A stretch of 63,152 bases of DNA, filler included, from Dirinaria sp. TL-2023a (lineage: Eukaryota), in NCBI GenBank assembly GCA_051941275.1. It is 20 parts of 20 records of this genome, joined end to end, with 100 filler letters (N's around TTAATTAATTAA, not from the genome) between each part and the next. Parts side by side here need not be neighbours in the genome. Positions count along the whole stretch, not along the records: positions 60,134 to 63,152 come from JAVEBF010002136.1; 19 more parts are not named here. One strand, given 5' to 3'. The translations under genes were made by a program, and so were the position numbers. Numbering within the stretch: the first letter of the stretch is position 1; each line of letters starts with the position of its first letter. The notes beneath the pieces were generated by a model. The model was given only the letters and a program-made list of their open reading frames with translations, did no database searches and had not been told where the DNA came from. Positions 60,529 to 63,152 of this stretch are shown here, piece by piece.

Positions 60529-63152
60529 ATGCGCCCGGCGCTGCACGAGTTCCTGAAGAGGCCTTCACGACTCGCTTTTCTACGCCATGCAAACGGTTCA
60601 CCGTTCTACGCCCCTACTTACTATGGACGCTGGACCTTGCCCCAATTCTCGAGAAGGAAGCAAAGCTCCACATCGGACTCGTCCAAGGAGAAAGGACGGC
60701 CGCTGGTTGTTGGAGGCGCATCTGCGAGTATCTTGAGCTATGTGACGGGGCAGTTCAAGAAAAGGCGCAAAGGATATTTCAAATACCGGCAAGGGCAGGA
60801 TTCTAGTAAAGGAGCTATACGGGATGTTGTGGTTGGTGAGAAGTCCAGTGCAGATCCGAAGGTTGTAGAGCGAGAAGTTAAGGAGAAATTGAGTGATGAC
60901 TGCCAAGATGTTGTCACGGCAGGCAGTCTTTTTAATGTCTCTGCAGAAGAGATTAATAGAAAAAGGGGAACAAGCCCTGCGGTGCAACTGGAGCTCAAAT
61001 TCCAAACGCGGGATCCAGGTAATGGATGCCACGGAGAAGGAAGCACCATTTCGGGACCTCGCATCCAGAAATATGTAGACAGACATCGGGCAAAACCAGC
61101 TCCAAAAGGCTTATTTAGGAAAATCGAAAGTGTCTTGCATAGACCTCATCTGAATTCTGCGGATAACACCTCACATCAGGCACTTCCTTTGGCTCGTCAA
61201 AAGCTTGCCATCAAGGACGATGAGTTCAATGTCGTGGACGACGTGGACCGTGATGAAATCCTTCTCGAGGAAGGAGGCACTGCTGCTGTGCAAGAACGTG
61301 TGGACCTCACTCACAGCAATGATATTAAGGGCTTCTCTATGAGAAGCTATTGGTATAACTTTCTGGTGTGGGATTGGAAAATACCATACGTCAGCCCATT
61401 CGGCGCTGAACATGACCAGCGGAATGTATCCGACGATGTTTCAATCAGCAGCACCAATGCTCTCACCCCCTTTGCGAAAGTTGAATCGACAATAGACTGG
61501 ACGGCATTTCTCACTTCCTTTGAACAACTTGCGTATGAGTCCGACGTTGAGTCAGAGCCCACAAAGGGCCCTCGTCTTGTTGACTTTCCTGAGTATGCCT
61601 CTGATTTTGAGTTGTGGCTGCGACTGGTTCAATTTCGTCAACGACATCGTCTTGCAATAGGCCTGCTGCCTATTTGGAAGAGAGTTGTGAGACTAGGACT
61701 ACATCTACCTACAGAAGGGGAAGTGGCGGATCTCCTTTGGACTTCATTTCTCGATCTTGGCTTCTCAAACTACGAAACGCTGGACGAAATCATCCATTAC
61801 GCTATCATGTTGAAAGATCGAACCGGCAGGGGGTGGGAGATGCTGTATTACAGGATTATGCGCCGCTGTCTGGAAAATCCCGACGCCGATGTGTATCACC
61901 GACATTTGCTCTTGCATCGTCACTTCCCACCAACACGTCAACATTATCTGTCGCTGTATCAGTACGCTATAAGCCAGGTGCCTCAATTGCAGAGGGTGCT
62001 GCAGCAAATGTACAAGGACTTATCGTTTCGAGACTTGTACTCACCTATAATGCATTTCCACTTCGAAACATTGAATTATCGGGCTGCAGCAAGTTGGCAT
62101 AAACTTTTGATTGCTGAGAGAGACTTACCAGAAGATGTTCAGGATTACAGGCCACTCTTCCGTTACATGATACTGTACGGAGATCCAGCGCGGCTTACCG
62201 CAATGGTGCACCAGATGGTTGAAGCAAAAGTTCCGCTGCCAAACTTCATCAAGGATCCCACTCGAACGAAACCAATCACTCGTGAGATGATCAGCCAACG
62301 ACTGGCCGATACCCATGGGGTCGTGCCGAAAATCCTTGATGACCAATTCTACGCGCGACTGTTTGCTACCAAGCTCTTCCCAGTCGAGGCTGTCATTCAG
62401 CTCCTTCGGATGCTTGGAGCAAATATGGTTGGGCCGGCATCAATGCGCGAACTCGTCTTACGGGTTGGGTACGACCCCGAGGCCATCCAGGCCCGGCTCG
62501 AACAAATGAAGGAGATCGGCGTCTCTTTCGGCGAGAGCGTATTCTGTAGGCTTGTGATTAAGCTTGTGGAGACAGGAAATACCAGGCTGCTTGGAAACGT
62601 GGCCACGTGCGATCTTCACCCTGATACGTTTGAAGACGTGGACCTGCAAGAGGCCCTGCTCAGTAACTACGAAGCCAGTGGCGACCAGCTCCAATTTAAT
62701 CGCACGCTTGCGATATTGATGACCCACTGTCCCGAAAAGTACCAAAACGCTTATTCCTGGAATATATATCTTCGGCTATACCTCAGACGAAAGGATATCC
62801 CCGCTATCTCGCGCACACTCGACATGATGCAAGCGTCCCATGTGAAGGTAGATCGAAAATCGACCGCCTACGTTCGTATTAGCCTCATGTCGCGACGCCG
62901 CCGAAGCGTCCGTCCAAACACGTTCGACGAACTGCCCCTCATAATCAACATATGGCAGAGCATCCTGCGCAGCGGCGGCACAATCCCAGCCACCGTCTGG
63001 GTCGAGATCCTCAAACGACTGGGCATGGTGGGCAAACTGGAGGAGTACGAGAAACTCGCGCTCTGGCTCGCGGAATGGTATACGGCGTCGCCGGCACGAG
63101 CCTACCTCGGCGGTCGTCTCCAAGCACCTCCTATCCTCGCAACAACAACCAC
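60529..63152 (+). CDS. Pentatricopeptide-repeat-type (mitochondrial) protein, more than 870 aa, 3' truncated; absent from ORF track
   Basis: The frame reads open from ATG 60529 in every stretch translated by hand, up to the window end; Arg/Ser-rich presequence-like start; LAYESDV..GPRLVD..DFELW and W.EILKRLGM.GKLEE.EKL.LWL motifs recalled from fungal PPR proteins. Confidence 0.8.
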   Translation, partial: MRPALHEFLKRPSRLAFLRHANGSPFYAPTYYGRWTLPQFSRRKQSSTSDSSKEKGRPLVVGGASASILSYVTGQFKKRRKGYFKYRQGQDSSKGAIRDVVVGEKSSADPKVVEREVKEKLSDDCQDVVTAGSLFNVSAEEINRKRGTSPAVQLELKFQTRDPGNGCHGEGSTISGPRIQKYVDRHRAKPAPKGLFRKIESVLHRPHLNSADNTSHQALPLARQKLAIKDDEFNVVDDVDRDEILLEEGGTAAVQERVDLTHSNDIKGFSMRSYWYNFLVWDWKIPYVSPFGAEHDQRNVSDDVSISSTNALTPFAKVESTIDWTAFLTSFEQLAYESDVESEPTKGPRLVDFPEYASDFELWLRLVQFRQRHRLAIGLLPIWKRVVRLGLHLPTEGEVADLLWTSFLDLGFSNYETLDEIIHYAIMLKDRTGRGWEMLYYRIMRRCLENPDADVYHRHLLLHRHFPPTRQHYLSLYQYAISQVPQLQRVLQQMYKDLSFRDLYSPIMHFHFETLNYRAAASWHKLLIAERDLPEDVQDYRPLFRYMILYGDPARLTAMVHQMVEAKVPLPNFIKDPTRTKPITREMISQRLADTHGVVPKILDDQFYARLFATKLFPVEAVIQLLRMLGANMVGPASMRELVLRVGYDPEAIQARLEQMKEIGVSFGESVFCRLVIKLVETGNTRLLGNVATCDLHPDTFEDVDLQEALLSNYEASGDQLQFNRTLAILMTHCPEKYQNAYSWNIYLRLYLRRKDIPAISRTLDMMQASHVKVDRKSTAYVRISLMSRRRRSVRPNTFDELPLIINIWQSILRSGGTIPATVWVEILKRLGMVGKLEEYEKLALWLAEWYTASPARAYLGGRLQAPPILATTT

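Overview
This is not one chromosome region. It is 20 unrelated contigs of about 3.0-3.1 kb, sorted by decreasing length and joined by 19 identical artificial 100-nt linkers (44 N + TTAATTAATTAA + 44 N), so adjacency across linkers has no biological meaning. Contigs 2-20 read as intron-rich nuclear DNA of a filamentous ascomycete (Pezizomycotina; lichen-forming is plausible but only inferred). They carry two aspartic proteases, a Coa2-like gene, an intron-containing tRNA-Leu(TAG), C2H2 and CCCH zinc-finger genes, an Rpr2/Snm1-like gene, an SR splicing factor, an ankyrin + ClpB-type AAA+ ATPase, a gluconolactonase, a stand-alone NRPS-like adenylation enzyme, ERG6, SLT11, PAL1, a P450, a PTH11-like receptor and a PPR-type protein that the ORF track missed. 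Contig 1 is rDNA that looks chimeric: basidiomycete-type 18S/ITS/5' LSU followed by ascomycete-type LSU. Highlights: (1) two spliceosomal-type introns inside the 28S rRNA, separated by a 9-nt micro-exon; (2) an Skd3/CLPB-like ankyrin-AAA+ architecture in a fungus; (3) a solo LTR inserted in inverted orientation into a sister LTR with a 5-bp TSD; (4) a single-pass surface protein with a G/S/N/Q/W pseudo-repeat tail resembling fungal amyloid-signalling motifs; (5) a 6-nt micro-exon and a long, probably regulatory intron in the SR gene; (6) a pogo/Fot1-type MITE next to a two-domain Cys-rich secreted protein. All family calls come from motif recognition by eye; no database search was run.
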